This document shows positions 38,739 through 47,579 of a DNA stretch of 52,147 nucleotides, in pieces; positions within the stretch are counted from its first letter, which is position 1, and each line of letters opens with the position of its first letter. The stretch covers positions 1-52,147 of the forward strand of contig DQME01000184.1 in the NCBI GenBank assembly GCA_015659815.1. Reading direction: 5' to 3'. A program made the position numbers and the translations under genes. The notes under the pieces are model-generated. The model saw only the letters and a list, made by a program, of their open reading frames with translations, had not been told where the DNA came from and did not search any database. The DNA comes from Gammaproteobacteria bacterium (lineage in GTDB: Bacteria > Pseudomonadota > Gammaproteobacteria > PS1 > Pseudothioglobaceae).

Positions 38739-40187
38739 ATGGCTAAATTATCTAAAAATTTCATTGCTGGTGAGTGGGTTTCAGGGGACAGCACAATATC
38801 GAACATTAACCCTTCAGACACGAATGATGTGATTGGAGAGTTTGCTCAAGCAAGTACTTCACAATTGGAAGATTCGCTTAGCTGTTCTCACATAGCTCAA
38901 AAAGTATGGGCTGCAACTGGGCTGGAGCAGCGTCAAGCTGTATTGATGAGTATTGGGGAAGAGATGATGGCACGTAGCTCTGAGTTAGGAGAATTGTTGT
39001 CTAGAGAGGAGGGCAAACCTTTGGCAGAAGGCAAGGGCGAGGTCTATAGAGCTGGGCAGTTTTTTACTTACTATGCGGCTGAAGTATTGCGACAGAGTGG
39101 AGATACAGCAGACTCGGTAAGGCCTGGCATTGAGATTGATGTTCGTCGAGAGGCAATGGGGACTGTAGCTATTATATCTCCATGGAACTTTCCTACCGCA
39201 ACAGCAAGTTGGAAGATTGCCCCCGCCCTAGCATTTGGGAATGCTGTTATATGGAAGCCAGCAAACCTTACACCTGCAAGTGCTGTTGCGCTGACTGAAA
39301 TTATCTCCAAACAAGACATGCCTAAGGGCCTATTTAACTTAGTCATGGGTTCTGGTTCATCTATAGGCCAGGCCTTAGTAGAGAACCCTATGGTTGATGC
39401 TATAAGCTTTACTGGTTCATATGATGTTGGACGAATAGTTGCTGCTGCTGCTGCAAAAAATTTGACTAAATTTCAATTAGAGTTAGGATCTAAGAACCCT
39501 TTGGTTATTATGGATGATGCTGATATAGATGTTGCTGTTGCTGCAGCGACAGGTGGTGCATTTGGTAGCACTGGACAAAAATGTACGGCCTCCTCAAGGC
39601 TAATTGTTCATACCGACATTCATGATGAATTTATTGAACGTATGAAGCTCTCAACATCGGCACTTAAGGTAGGCCATGCACTTGTTGAGGGAACACAAAT
39701 CGGTCCCGCTGTTAGTGAAAAACAACTTAAATCTAATCTTGACTATATGACCTTGGGCAAAAAAGAAGGTTGTGAGGTTGTTTGTGGAGGGCGCAGTCTT
39801 GAGCTTGCGACTCCTGGACATTATATGCAACCAGCTTTACTGGTTGGTGGTAGTAACTCTATGAGACTTAACCGTGAAGAGTTGTTTGCACCGATTGCAT
39901 GCGTAATTAAGGTTGCAGACTACGATGAAGCACTTATAGTCGCAAATGACACGGAGTTTGGCCTGGTTTCTGGAATTATTACTAAATCCCTATCGAGGGC
40001 AACTCACTTTCGCAGGAACTCTGAAAGCGGCTGTGTCATGGTAAACCTTCCTACCGCTGGTACTGACTACCATGTTCCTTTTGGGGGAAGAAAAAATTCA
40101 AGCTTCGGTCCAAGAGAACAGGGTCAATATGCAAAAGAGCTATACACGCAAGTAAAAACGTCTTATATCTCTTCCGGTAATCCATAA
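38739..40187 (+). CDS. NAD(P)+-dependent aldehyde dehydrogenase, alpha-ketoglutarate-semialdehyde dehydrogenase-like
   Basis: I prefer the ATG at 38739 over the TTG at 38682. Motifs PWNFP, ELGSKN and GQKCTASSR. The N-terminal FIAGEWV...NPSDTNDVIGEF resembles the KGSADH (YcbD/GucD) branch. Confidence 0.85.
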   Translation: MAKLSKNFIAGEWVSGDSTISNINPSDTNDVIGEFAQASTSQLEDSLSCSHIAQKVWAATGLEQRQAVLMSIGEEMMARSSELGELLSREEGKPLAEGKGEVYRAGQFFTYYAAEVLRQSGDTADSVRPGIEIDVRREAMGTVAIISPWNFPTATASWKIAPALAFGNAVIWKPANLTPASAVALTEIISKQDMPKGLFNLVMGSGSSIGQALVENPMVDAISFTGSYDVGRIVAAAAAKNLTKFQLELGSKNPLVIMDDADIDVAVAAATGGAFGSTGQKCTASSRLIVHTDIHDEFIERMKLSTSALKVGHALVEGTQIGPAVSEKQLKSNLDYMTLGKKEGCEVVCGGRSLELATPGHYMQPALLVGGSNSMRLNREELFAPIACVIKVADYDEALIVANDTEFGLVSGIITKSLSRATHFRRNSESGCVMVNLPTAGTDYHVPFGGRKNSSFGPREQGQYAKELYTQVKTSYISSGNP

Positions 40188-41173
40188 TGTCAGAACAGAA
40201 ATTATTTATAGATGGGCTCCAATATAATTCTTGGAGTGAGGAAATATTTAGCCAAATTCACGAGGGCGGACTTAGTGCGGTTCACGTAACAATTAGCTAC
40301 CATGAAGATTTCCAAGAAACAGTACAAAATATTATTGATTGGAATAGATACTTTATCAAGTACTCTGACCTAATATTTCTAGGTCGCACTGCTGAAGATG
40401 TCAGGAAGGCGCAAAGGGAGAGTAGAACTGCTATTTTCTTTGGATTTCAAAACTGCTCCCCTATTGAGGATAATATTGGTTTGGTCGAAATTTTACACAC
40501 CCTAGGTGCCAGATTCATGCAACTCACATACAATAACCAAAGCTTACTGGCTACGGGCTGTTACGAGAAAAAAGATTCTGGCATAACTAGAATGGGTAAA
40601 CAGGTTATAAAAGAAATGAACAGGGTGGGACTGGTGGTTGATATGAGTCACTCAGCTGAGCGTTCAACACTTGAAGCAATTGAAGTATCCGAAAGGCCAA
40701 TAGCTATTACGCATGCTAACCCATCTTTATGGCATCCTGCACTTAGAAATAAGTCGAGCGAGGTTTTAAGAGCGCTAGGGTCTAGCGGCGGAATGGTCGG
40801 CTTTTCAATTTACCCCCACCATCTAAAAGATGGATCAAAATGTACAATAGAAAGTTTTTGTGGGATGATAGCTGAGACTGCTGACCTTGTTGGCATTGAA
40901 AGCATAGGAATAGGGAGTGATTTATGCCAAAATCAGCCCGACAGTGTGGTTCAATGGATGCGCAACGGCACCTGGTCAAATGATCTAGATTTTGGCGAGG
41001 GCTCTGCTTCACTTGCCGGCTTCCCTGAACAGCCGTCCTGGTTTAAGGATAATAGAGATTTTTCTAATATTGAGTCAGGACTTAAGAGTGTTGGAATGGA
41101 TAGCAAAAATATAGAAGCCGTAATGGGTACTAACTGGCTGAGGTTTTTTGAATCTTCTTTTGGGTCTGCCTAG
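40187..41173 (+). CDS. Peptidase M19 (renal dipeptidase) fold protein with a substituted metal site
   Basis: Colinear with M19 over the full length (VVDMSH, IAITHA, IGIGSD). However, IDGHND is replaced by IDGLQY and GVEGGH by GFQNCS. The start shares one base with the ALDH stop (TAATG). Confidence 0.8.
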   Translation: MSEQKLFIDGLQYNSWSEEIFSQIHEGGLSAVHVTISYHEDFQETVQNIIDWNRYFIKYSDLIFLGRTAEDVRKAQRESRTAIFFGFQNCSPIEDNIGLVEILHTLGARFMQLTYNNQSLLATGCYEKKDSGITRMGKQVIKEMNRVGLVVDMSHSAERSTLEAIEVSERPIAITHANPSLWHPALRNKSSEVLRALGSSGGMVGFSIYPHHLKDGSKCTIESFCGMIAETADLVGIESIGIGSDLCQNQPDSVVQWMRNGTWSNDLDFGEGSASLAGFPEQPSWFKDNRDFSNIESGLKSVGMDSKNIEAVMGTNWLRFFESSFGSA

Positions 41174-41183
41174 CAATAACTCA

Positions 41184-42884
41184 ATGACAAAAGATGTGAA
41201 GTCAAACGAATTGATTTTGCGTGACCCCGGCAAGGTCATGCGTCTTGAGAGGATGGGTTCTTCCTTCCAAACTCGGTTGAGTTTTATGCGTACACTCATT
41301 CGTAGAATGTCTACAGATAAGTGGCGATTTGAGAGACTAAGAAGCGATATTGACAGTGAGGGTTATGGGGTCAGTGTTTATGCTGCCCATACGCCTGAAA
41401 GAACTTACTCTTTAGTTGCCTTTACACAAAGCATACCCAACGATATGAGGACTGACAGGGTTATCGCTGAGGTGTGGGACGCTACATTCAGTTTGTATGA
41501 CGGGGTGCCATCTCTTGAGGATATAGAGTATCTTTCTAAGAATACACCGAAACAAGAAGCTGGCCGATTCAGACCAAGTGAGCTGGTCTTAGCGAGAGCC
41601 AACAAAAGTTTAAGACTGTTTGAGCATATAGCATCTTCACTCTCTAATGGGGAACAACCGGACATTGATTTGCTTGCGTCGGTTGGCTATTTAATGAGGA
41701 CTACAGCAGTTTATGGTAGCGGAAAGTTTGGTTGCGCTGATCGTGCTAAATTGCATGACCGTGAAGAATGTAAGGTGTCATTTCATATTGAATTGCTGGC
41801 AGTGTATTTGATACGATGGTTCACTATAGACTTAGTTGAAACTATTGCCCAAAAGAGAGGTGGAAAAAAGGCTGTTAAGCTTGAACACAATATAAGTAAA
41901 TTCATCGGTGTTGGTAACTCAACAGGACTAGGTATGGCCCCTTTTTTATTGAAACATCCAGTTCTTATTCATAACTGGGTATCAGCAAAAGAGTCCTCTT
42001 TGGGTAGAGTTAGAAGTATTAAGAATCCCACAGATTACAGTACTGAGGTATTTTTGCAAAGCCTGAAACAGGCATCCCAACATATCAGAGAATGGAACGT
42101 TGAAGATGAAGAGCAGACGCTAAGAATTGAACGCCTTAGGGCTGAAGTTGATAAGCTTGAATATTGGTGTGTCGCCAATAATATATTAAAAAAAATGTCT
42201 CCATGGAACAGTATTTATAAATTCGTTGAGGATAACTTTTCATACGAATGTCAAGAACTGACGGTCTCTTTACTGTTAGAGCCGCACGGTGAGTTAATTG
42301 ATGAGCTTGGTGACACTATGTTGGCAACTGATGACCCAGTATTCGATTCAAACATGCAACTTAAAGAGTTAACAAATATACTTAATGAGCATTATTCTTG
42401 GGCTACTAAGATTGATTTTTCTTCTGCCGAATCACAACACCACTTTTGGTACTATTCAGAAGATAAGTTAGAACCCAGATTTGGATCTATTGATACGGAC
42501 GATGGAGTTGAACAAGAGATGCCCTTGGCAATAGCTAGAGAGATAAGCGATCTACACAACAAACTGAAAACCTTCTCAAATACAATGTGTACTGGTGAGT
42601 TTGCAATGCGATATCCACAGTTCCGACACATAATACGTAGGGCTCAAAATACAGCCGTTAGGCCTTATGCAGAAGTGCAAGACAACTTGTTGAATAAAAG
42701 TATGCGTCCTCTTGACTTGTTACGCTTTAAGCTCGCTTTTTTTGGGGCATCAAAGTTTGACCCTAAGTCTGATTTATGGACAAGGATTTCAATGTATCAG
42801 GGTGCACCATTGCCAAAACAGCTAAATGACATAGACCATGATAACTGGGCATTTCCAATTAAACCGATTAAGGAAATTCAATGA
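41184..42884 (+). CDS. Hypothetical protein, 566 aa, no family recognised
   Basis: Long uninterrupted ORF. The ATG at 41184 lies 10 nt after the upstream stop, and I prefer it to the TTG at 41148, which would overlap the M19 gene. Ordinary soluble-protein composition, with no TM segments and no nucleotide-binding or metal motifs that I can identify. Confidence 0.7.
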   Translation: MTKDVKSNELILRDPGKVMRLERMGSSFQTRLSFMRTLIRRMSTDKWRFERLRSDIDSEGYGVSVYAAHTPERTYSLVAFTQSIPNDMRTDRVIAEVWDATFSLYDGVPSLEDIEYLSKNTPKQEAGRFRPSELVLARANKSLRLFEHIASSLSNGEQPDIDLLASVGYLMRTTAVYGSGKFGCADRAKLHDREECKVSFHIELLAVYLIRWFTIDLVETIAQKRGGKKAVKLEHNISKFIGVGNSTGLGMAPFLLKHPVLIHNWVSAKESSLGRVRSIKNPTDYSTEVFLQSLKQASQHIREWNVEDEEQTLRIERLRAEVDKLEYWCVANNILKKMSPWNSIYKFVEDNFSYECQELTVSLLLEPHGELIDELGDTMLATDDPVFDSNMQLKELTNILNEHYSWATKIDFSSAESQHHFWYYSEDKLEPRFGSIDTDDGVEQEMPLAIAREISDLHNKLKTFSNTMCTGEFAMRYPQFRHIIRRAQNTAVRPYAEVQDNLLNKSMRPLDLLRFKLAFFGASKFDPKSDLWTRISMYQGAPLPKQLNDIDHDNWAFPIKPIKEIQ

Positions 42885-43597
42885 ATAATGAGTTTATTAG
42901 GATTTCTCTTAACGAAATATTGTTCTACTTTACAAGGGCCGGATTTGGAGTTAATGCGCCAATAGGGTTATCAGAAGACTTTGCACGTAGTAATGTCTGG
43001 CTAGCGGAAAATGGCTTTGACCCATCCTCCTGTAGCTATTTTGCATTAGACTGTTTAGACAATAGAAAGAGTTCCCTTATAACTAAGTTTTCAGATAGCA
43101 ATACTATTGTTTGTGGTAATAAAAAATATTTGTCTGCTTTCCAAGCATCTGTAGTTGCTGCTGACTGGATCACAACTGATAGTAAAGATGAACTTAAAAT
43201 AGTTAATGTAGATTCTCCCTTTATAGTTCTGGCACAGTTAGGAGCAACCCTAGCCGAAGACCTACAAGTAAAATGGTCAGACGATAAGGGGGATAAATAC
43301 CTAGTCAACCTCAATAAAAATGAAAGATGGGAAATTGTTAGTAGTTCTGTTAACCTAATTGAACATAGCAAAGGCGCAAACATTTCAATTAAAAGTCCAG
43401 CATGCAAAGATATAGACAATAATGCAGCAGTTAAAAAATTTGACACAAAGCATGGCAGGCAAAATATATTGCAAACAGGTGTCGAAGTTAAGGACAGATG
43501 GGGTTTAGTGTATGAATACTTTTCTCGATGTCTAGTAAAATCAAACACTAGGTCGCGAGAATCTGGTGCAGGTGCAGGCCTTGTGGACAATGATTAA
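42881..43597 (+). CDS. Hypothetical protein, 238 aa, no family recognised
   Basis: ATGA overlap with the preceding gene. Ends in a Gly/Ala-rich acidic tail, SRESGAGAGLVDND. The long antisense ORF over it has junk-like composition. Confidence 0.65.
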   Translation: MNNEFIRISLNEILFYFTRAGFGVNAPIGLSEDFARSNVWLAENGFDPSSCSYFALDCLDNRKSSLITKFSDSNTIVCGNKKYLSAFQASVVAADWITTDSKDELKIVNVDSPFIVLAQLGATLAEDLQVKWSDDKGDKYLVNLNKNERWEIVSSSVNLIEHSKGANISIKSPACKDIDNNAAVKKFDTKHGRQNILQTGVEVKDRWGLVYEYFSRCLVKSNTRSRESGAGAGLVDND

Positions 43598-43611
43598 TAT
43601 TAGGTGAACAT

Positions 43612-44613
43612 ATGAACACAACTACTTTAAATAAAACAGAAATCGAACAAATAACCATTCAGGCCCTTACAAACTCTGGGGCTAGTTTGATTGCAGCATC
43701 CTCAATGGCAAGAGGGGTAGTAGCTGCTGAAATGGATGGAATATCCAGTCATGGATTGATATATGTTCCAATTTATTGTGAGCACTTAGTGTGCGGCAAG
43801 GTTAGTCCCAATGCTGAACCATCCGTCAATATTACTGCTCCCAGCGCTATAACTGTCGACGCTGATTGTGGCTTTGCACATCCTGCCATCGATGCTGGGT
43901 TTAACCTGATGATTGAGAGTGCAAAGAAGAACGGGTGTGCAGCTATGTCAATAAAAAACTCTTACAATTGTGGTGTTCTGGGATATCACACTGAGCGCAT
44001 AGCCAGAACTGGGTTGACCGGTTTAGGATACACCAATGCACCTGCATCTATTATGCCTGTCGGAGGTGACACACCTGTAATTGGCACTAACCCTTTTTCT
44101 CTGGCATTGCCCAATGGTAAGGGGGGAGTAGCTTTCGTTATTGATCAATCTGCCAGTGTTGTAGCCAAGAGTGAAATAAAAATGCATGCCCTTGCTGGTA
44201 AGCCAATTCCTGAGGGATGGGCATATGACTCTGATGGCAATATAACAACAGACGCTGAAAAAGCTATGCTTGGTTCTATGGCTCCAGTTGGCGGCTATAA
44301 AGGTTTTGGGACGGGACTTATGGTTGAATCATTCGCTGCAGTAATGTCTGGAGCGTCATTGGGGAAAGACGCTAGCCCGTTTGCCGGAACCTCTGGTGGT
44401 CCACCAAAAACTGGTCAATTTTTCTTCGCTGTCTCGCCTGAACTATTCTCACACGGTCTGTTCGCAGAAAAAGTAGAGTCTCTAACTGAATCAATAGAAT
44501 CTCAGGATGGTGCCCGTTTACCCGGCACTGGAAGGTTTGTTAATAGAGATACTAATGAAAGGAGTGGAGTTGAGGTTAGCACAGAGCTACTAGAAAAAAT
44601 ACGGTCTATTTAA
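43612..44613 (+). CDS. Ldh2-family (malate/L-lactate dehydrogenase type 2) NAD(P)H oxidoreductase
   Basis: 333 aa. Blocks GISSHGL, GTNPFSLA, APVGGYKGFGTGLMVE and C-terminal RLPG are typical of the ComC/DpkA/ureidoglycolate dehydrogenase family. AGGTG lies 5 nt upstream of the ATG. Confidence 0.85.
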   Translation: MNTTTLNKTEIEQITIQALTNSGASLIAASSMARGVVAAEMDGISSHGLIYVPIYCEHLVCGKVSPNAEPSVNITAPSAITVDADCGFAHPAIDAGFNLMIESAKKNGCAAMSIKNSYNCGVLGYHTERIARTGLTGLGYTNAPASIMPVGGDTPVIGTNPFSLALPNGKGGVAFVIDQSASVVAKSEIKMHALAGKPIPEGWAYDSDGNITTDAEKAMLGSMAPVGGYKGFGTGLMVESFAAVMSGASLGKDASPFAGTSGGPPKTGQFFFAVSPELFSHGLFAEKVESLTESIESQDGARLPGTGRFVNRDTNERSGVEVSTELLEKIRSI

Positions 44614-44614
44614 T

Positions 44615-45991
44615 TTAACATTCAGTCAAACTAACAGCCAACCCTCCAAGAGATGTTTCTTTATATTTTGTTGACATATCTAGCCCCGTCTTCCTCATAG
44701 CCTCTACACATCTGTCTAAGGAGATTAGGTGGTCACCGCTCTCTCTGAGCGCAAGTGAACTAGCCGTATAAGCTTTAATTGCGCCAAACCCATTACGCTC
44801 AATGCACGGAACCTGAACAAGGCCGTTTACTGGGTCACAGGTCATGCCCAAGTGGTGTTCTAAAGACATTTCAGCTGCATTCTCTATCTGTTTACTGTTT
44901 CCGCCCCTAACTTCACAAAGAGCGGCGGCTGCCATTGCCGCTGCCGACCCAACTTCTCCTTGACAACCTACTTCAGCGCCAGATATGGAGCTGTTGTACT
45001 TAATCAAACCACCTATAGCGGCGGCTGTTAGTAAAAACTGCCTGATTTGCTCGTTACTAGCAGACCTGTGCTTATAGAAAAAGTATAGAGTTGCTGGCAG
45101 AACTCCGGCTGCTCCGTTTGTAGGCGCTGTAACAACCATATGTCCTGCAGCATTTTCTTCATTAACGGCCATAGCATAAGCAAAAAGCCAGTCACTTGTA
45201 CTAGTGTGGCCCGAATCCTCACTTAGACTCTGGTGCAACCTTTTAGCACGCCTTACTGTGTTTAAACCTCCAGGCAAGATTCCTTCTACCGCTAGTCCAC
45301 TCTCGACGCAAGACTTCATTGCTAGCCAAATCTTATCAATTCTGTTATCCAGATCATCTTTAGAGACATGGCATAGCTCGTTAGCCTCTTTCATTTCCCA
45401 AATTTTCTTATTGCTTTTATCTGACATTTCAAGCATCTCTTGTGCATTTTTGAAAGGAAACGGATGCGCTAGTTGGCCCTCTTCATCAAGTGGAGCCTTG
45501 AGATTATCAATCTCTTCCAGGGTCGATATAAATCCTCCTCCAATTGAAAAATACGTTTCCGATAGTACGACTTCATTTGAATCGTTGTGTAGCTCAAAGA
45601 CCATACCGTTGGGGTTCTGCTTTAACGAATTCTTTGTATCAAATATGATGTCAGTGGGTGGCGAAAAGGAGCATCGCTTATCTTTTCCTATAACAACTGA
45701 ATCAGAATTCCAAATACTATCAATAAGTTCATCCATTTGTTCGTCAACAACAGTGCTCGGTAAGTAACCGTTAATACCAAGTGTAACAGCTCTATCAGTT
45801 GCGTGACCCTTGCCTGTATATGCTAGCGAGTCTTTTAATGTACAGGTAATTTTGTATTCTGATTCTGGATTAATAGCAATAAACTTTGCAGTATTGTGTA
45901 TAAAACTATTAGCCGCAACCATAGGTCCCATAGTATGAGAGCTCGACGGGCCAATGCCTACCTTGAATAAGTCAAATACACTAATAAACAC
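44615..45991 (-). CDS. sdaA: L-serine ammonia-lyase (iron-sulfur, single-chain)
   Basis: GTG start preceded by GGAGGAGAGG. N-terminus (M)[22 protein letters not shown], as in E. coli SdaA. 458 aa. Confidence 0.92.
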   Translation of the reverse strand: MFISVFDLFKVGIGPSSSHTMGPMVAANSFIHNTAKFIAINPESEYKITCTLKDSLAYTGKGHATDRAVTLGINGYLPSTVVDEQMDELIDSIWNSDSVVIGKDKRCSFSPPTDIIFDTKNSLKQNPNGMVFELHNDSNEVVLSETYFSIGGGFISTLEEIDNLKAPLDEEGQLAHPFPFKNAQEMLEMSDKSNKKIWEMKEANELCHVSKDDLDNRIDKIWLAMKSCVESGLAVEGILPGGLNTVRRAKRLHQSLSEDSGHTSTSDWLFAYAMAVNEENAAGHMVVTAPTNGAAGVLPATLYFFYKHRSASNEQIRQFLLTAAAIGGLIKYNSSISGAEVGCQGEVGSAAAMAAAALCEVRGGNSKQIENAAEMSLEHHLGMTCDPVNGLVQVPCIERNGFGAIKAYTASSLALRESGDHLISLDRCVEAMRKTGLDMSTKYKETSLGGLAVSLTEC

Positions 45992-46093
45992 TACTACCTC
46001 TCCTCCAGAATAATAGAATCACAGTTACATGCTGTAAAAAATTGCATTATATGCCTTTTGTGCAGCCTAATATCAACATAATTTGTGAATGTA

Positions 46094-47344
46094 CTATTTA
46101 ATTTCGTAGTCATCTAAATGCTTACCTTTTTTTATTCTTGCTGCTGTTCCATTTGACTCTTTTTTAAACTCATGCGAGCTGACGCTCTGTGTAAGTAAAT
46201 CAGCCCTAAGGTCGATGGTTGAAAGGCCTGCCTGTCCACAACTACGCATACCATCAAATCTCGCCAAAGCTTTTATTTTTTTATTAGCTAGGTGTGGCTG
46301 CAGTTTGTTCATGTCACTAGGGACACACTCATAGTCCAAAGTCAAGTATCCCGACCCCTCTGCAAATTGTAGTAATTCAGCCCCCTTACTGGTTCTCGCT
46401 ATAACCGTGTTAGTTCCTAAGTCATTATTAATCATTTCCTTGGTTGGAGTACATTCAGGCCATGTATCGCCGGTAGAAATATCTGCCCCCTCACCAGTTC
46501 CGTCTGGACAAACTCTGCAGCGCCACGGCATATGCCATTGGGAAGAGTCTGTGCCCCAAAAATCTAAGTAACTTTTTTCAATGCGACTACCGTTATTAAG
46601 TTTTATTGAAGTAGGGCCAGGGCACCCGTTCCCTCTATAGCTAACACTGTCAACTTCTTCTTCTCTCACACCTTCTGACTGGAAGAAATTACTCATAGCA
46701 AATGGTGGAAAAAAGCCACCACAGAAGGGGGAAAGCATTAACGGTATATACTTATCTACCCTGGGGTCTTTTTTCGCTAACAATCGCATAGCAGAAATAT
46801 CGCAAGGCTTAGCCACAAGGGCCACCCTTATACCTTCATCCAAAACCTTTTTAATTTTGTCTAGTGGGGAGGTGGATGCATAAATAGAAGCACAGTTTTC
46901 GTTGACTTCAGACAATGTGTAACTAATAGTTGAATGGCCAAAATATGGCTTTAAACCGCTTGGCCCAACATGCAACACAGCATCGACCATTTTAGACTCT
47001 ATTAGAAACCCTGCAAGTGCAGTTAGCACACCCCCAGTGGCCGACTTATGCCGAACAGAATCGTTACTAGCGTGTGCTGCACAAATCCGTTCTATGGGCC
47101 CCCAAACTGGGTCTATTTGTACCCCTTCAGATAGGTATTTATTTGGCATTCCTGACTGTACAACTCCAGGACAAAAACTACTCAAATACCTGAGCTCTTT
47201 CTCGGTTAAGCACTTATTCTCTTTAGGCCTTAGACCTCCAACGCTTAGCTCTATATTAACCTTTTCAGAAAAAACTGAAGCGCACAACCCGCAGCCAATA
47301 CAGAGACCCTCATTTATTATTTGTTGAATACTACTTGCTGCCAT
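46094..47344 (-). CDS. FrhB-like (coenzyme F420 hydrogenase/dehydrogenase beta-subunit family) Fe-S flavoprotein, function unknown
   Basis: N-terminal ferredoxin-like CIGCGLC plus an FCPG Cys. A central flavin-binding-type block SATGGVLTAL. A C-terminal Cys cluster CRVCPDG. 416 aa. Confidence 0.7.
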   Translation of the reverse strand: MAASSIQQIINEGLCIGCGLCASVFSEKVNIELSVGGLRPKENKCLTEKELRYLSSFCPGVVQSGMPNKYLSEGVQIDPVWGPIERICAAHASNDSVRHKSATGGVLTALAGFLIESKMVDAVLHVGPSGLKPYFGHSTISYTLSEVNENCASIYASTSPLDKIKKVLDEGIRVALVAKPCDISAMRLLAKKDPRVDKYIPLMLSPFCGGFFPPFAMSNFFQSEGVREEEVDSVSYRGNGCPGPTSIKLNNGSRIEKSYLDFWGTDSSQWHMPWRCRVCPDGTGEGADISTGDTWPECTPTKEMINNDLGTNTVIARTSKGAELLQFAEGSGYLTLDYECVPSDMNKLQPHLANKKIKALARFDGMRSCGQAGLSTIDLRADLLTQSVSSHEFKKESNGTAARIKKGKHLDDYEIK

Positions 47345-47579
47345 TAATTCATTTTAATTGTGCCCAAACGTTAATTGTTGATCTACAAATATGCCAAGCC
47401 TATTCTAACAAATAAAATCTGCTAGATTTGCTTTACTAGTAATGTACATTGAAAATTGTATTGTTATTGTCAACAATAATATTCAATAGATAATGAATTA
47501 AATTTAATACACAAATATTTTATCTACTTAGTAGCTATAATTTGCGGCTTAACTATAGTACTATTATTATATAAAGCCA

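Noticed and set aside
41148-41183. ORF-track N-terminal extensions starting at TTG codons (41148, also 4559, 31655, 38651, 38682 and 75)
   Set aside because: In each case a downstream ATG gives a better product, with a proper Shine-Dalgarno spacing or a position just after the upstream stop. That product has a sensible signal peptide, a family-typical N-terminus, or no overlap with the upstream gene. The extension at 75 is inside the truncated mfd frame.
43036-43590. 184-aa ORF antisense to the 238-aa hypothetical gene
   Set aside because: Ser/Leu/Thr-rich junk-like composition and no ribosome-binding context. The sense ORF is coupled by ATGA to its upstream neighbour and is followed by a Shine-Dalgarno sequence for the next gene. 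I treat it as a shadow ORF.
47345-47579. Possible glycine riboswitch upstream of gcvP
   Set aside because: I read the spacer on the + strand. It is almost entirely A/T, with none of the conserved G/C-rich cores (GGAGAG, ACCGAAGG) or paired-aptamer organisation.
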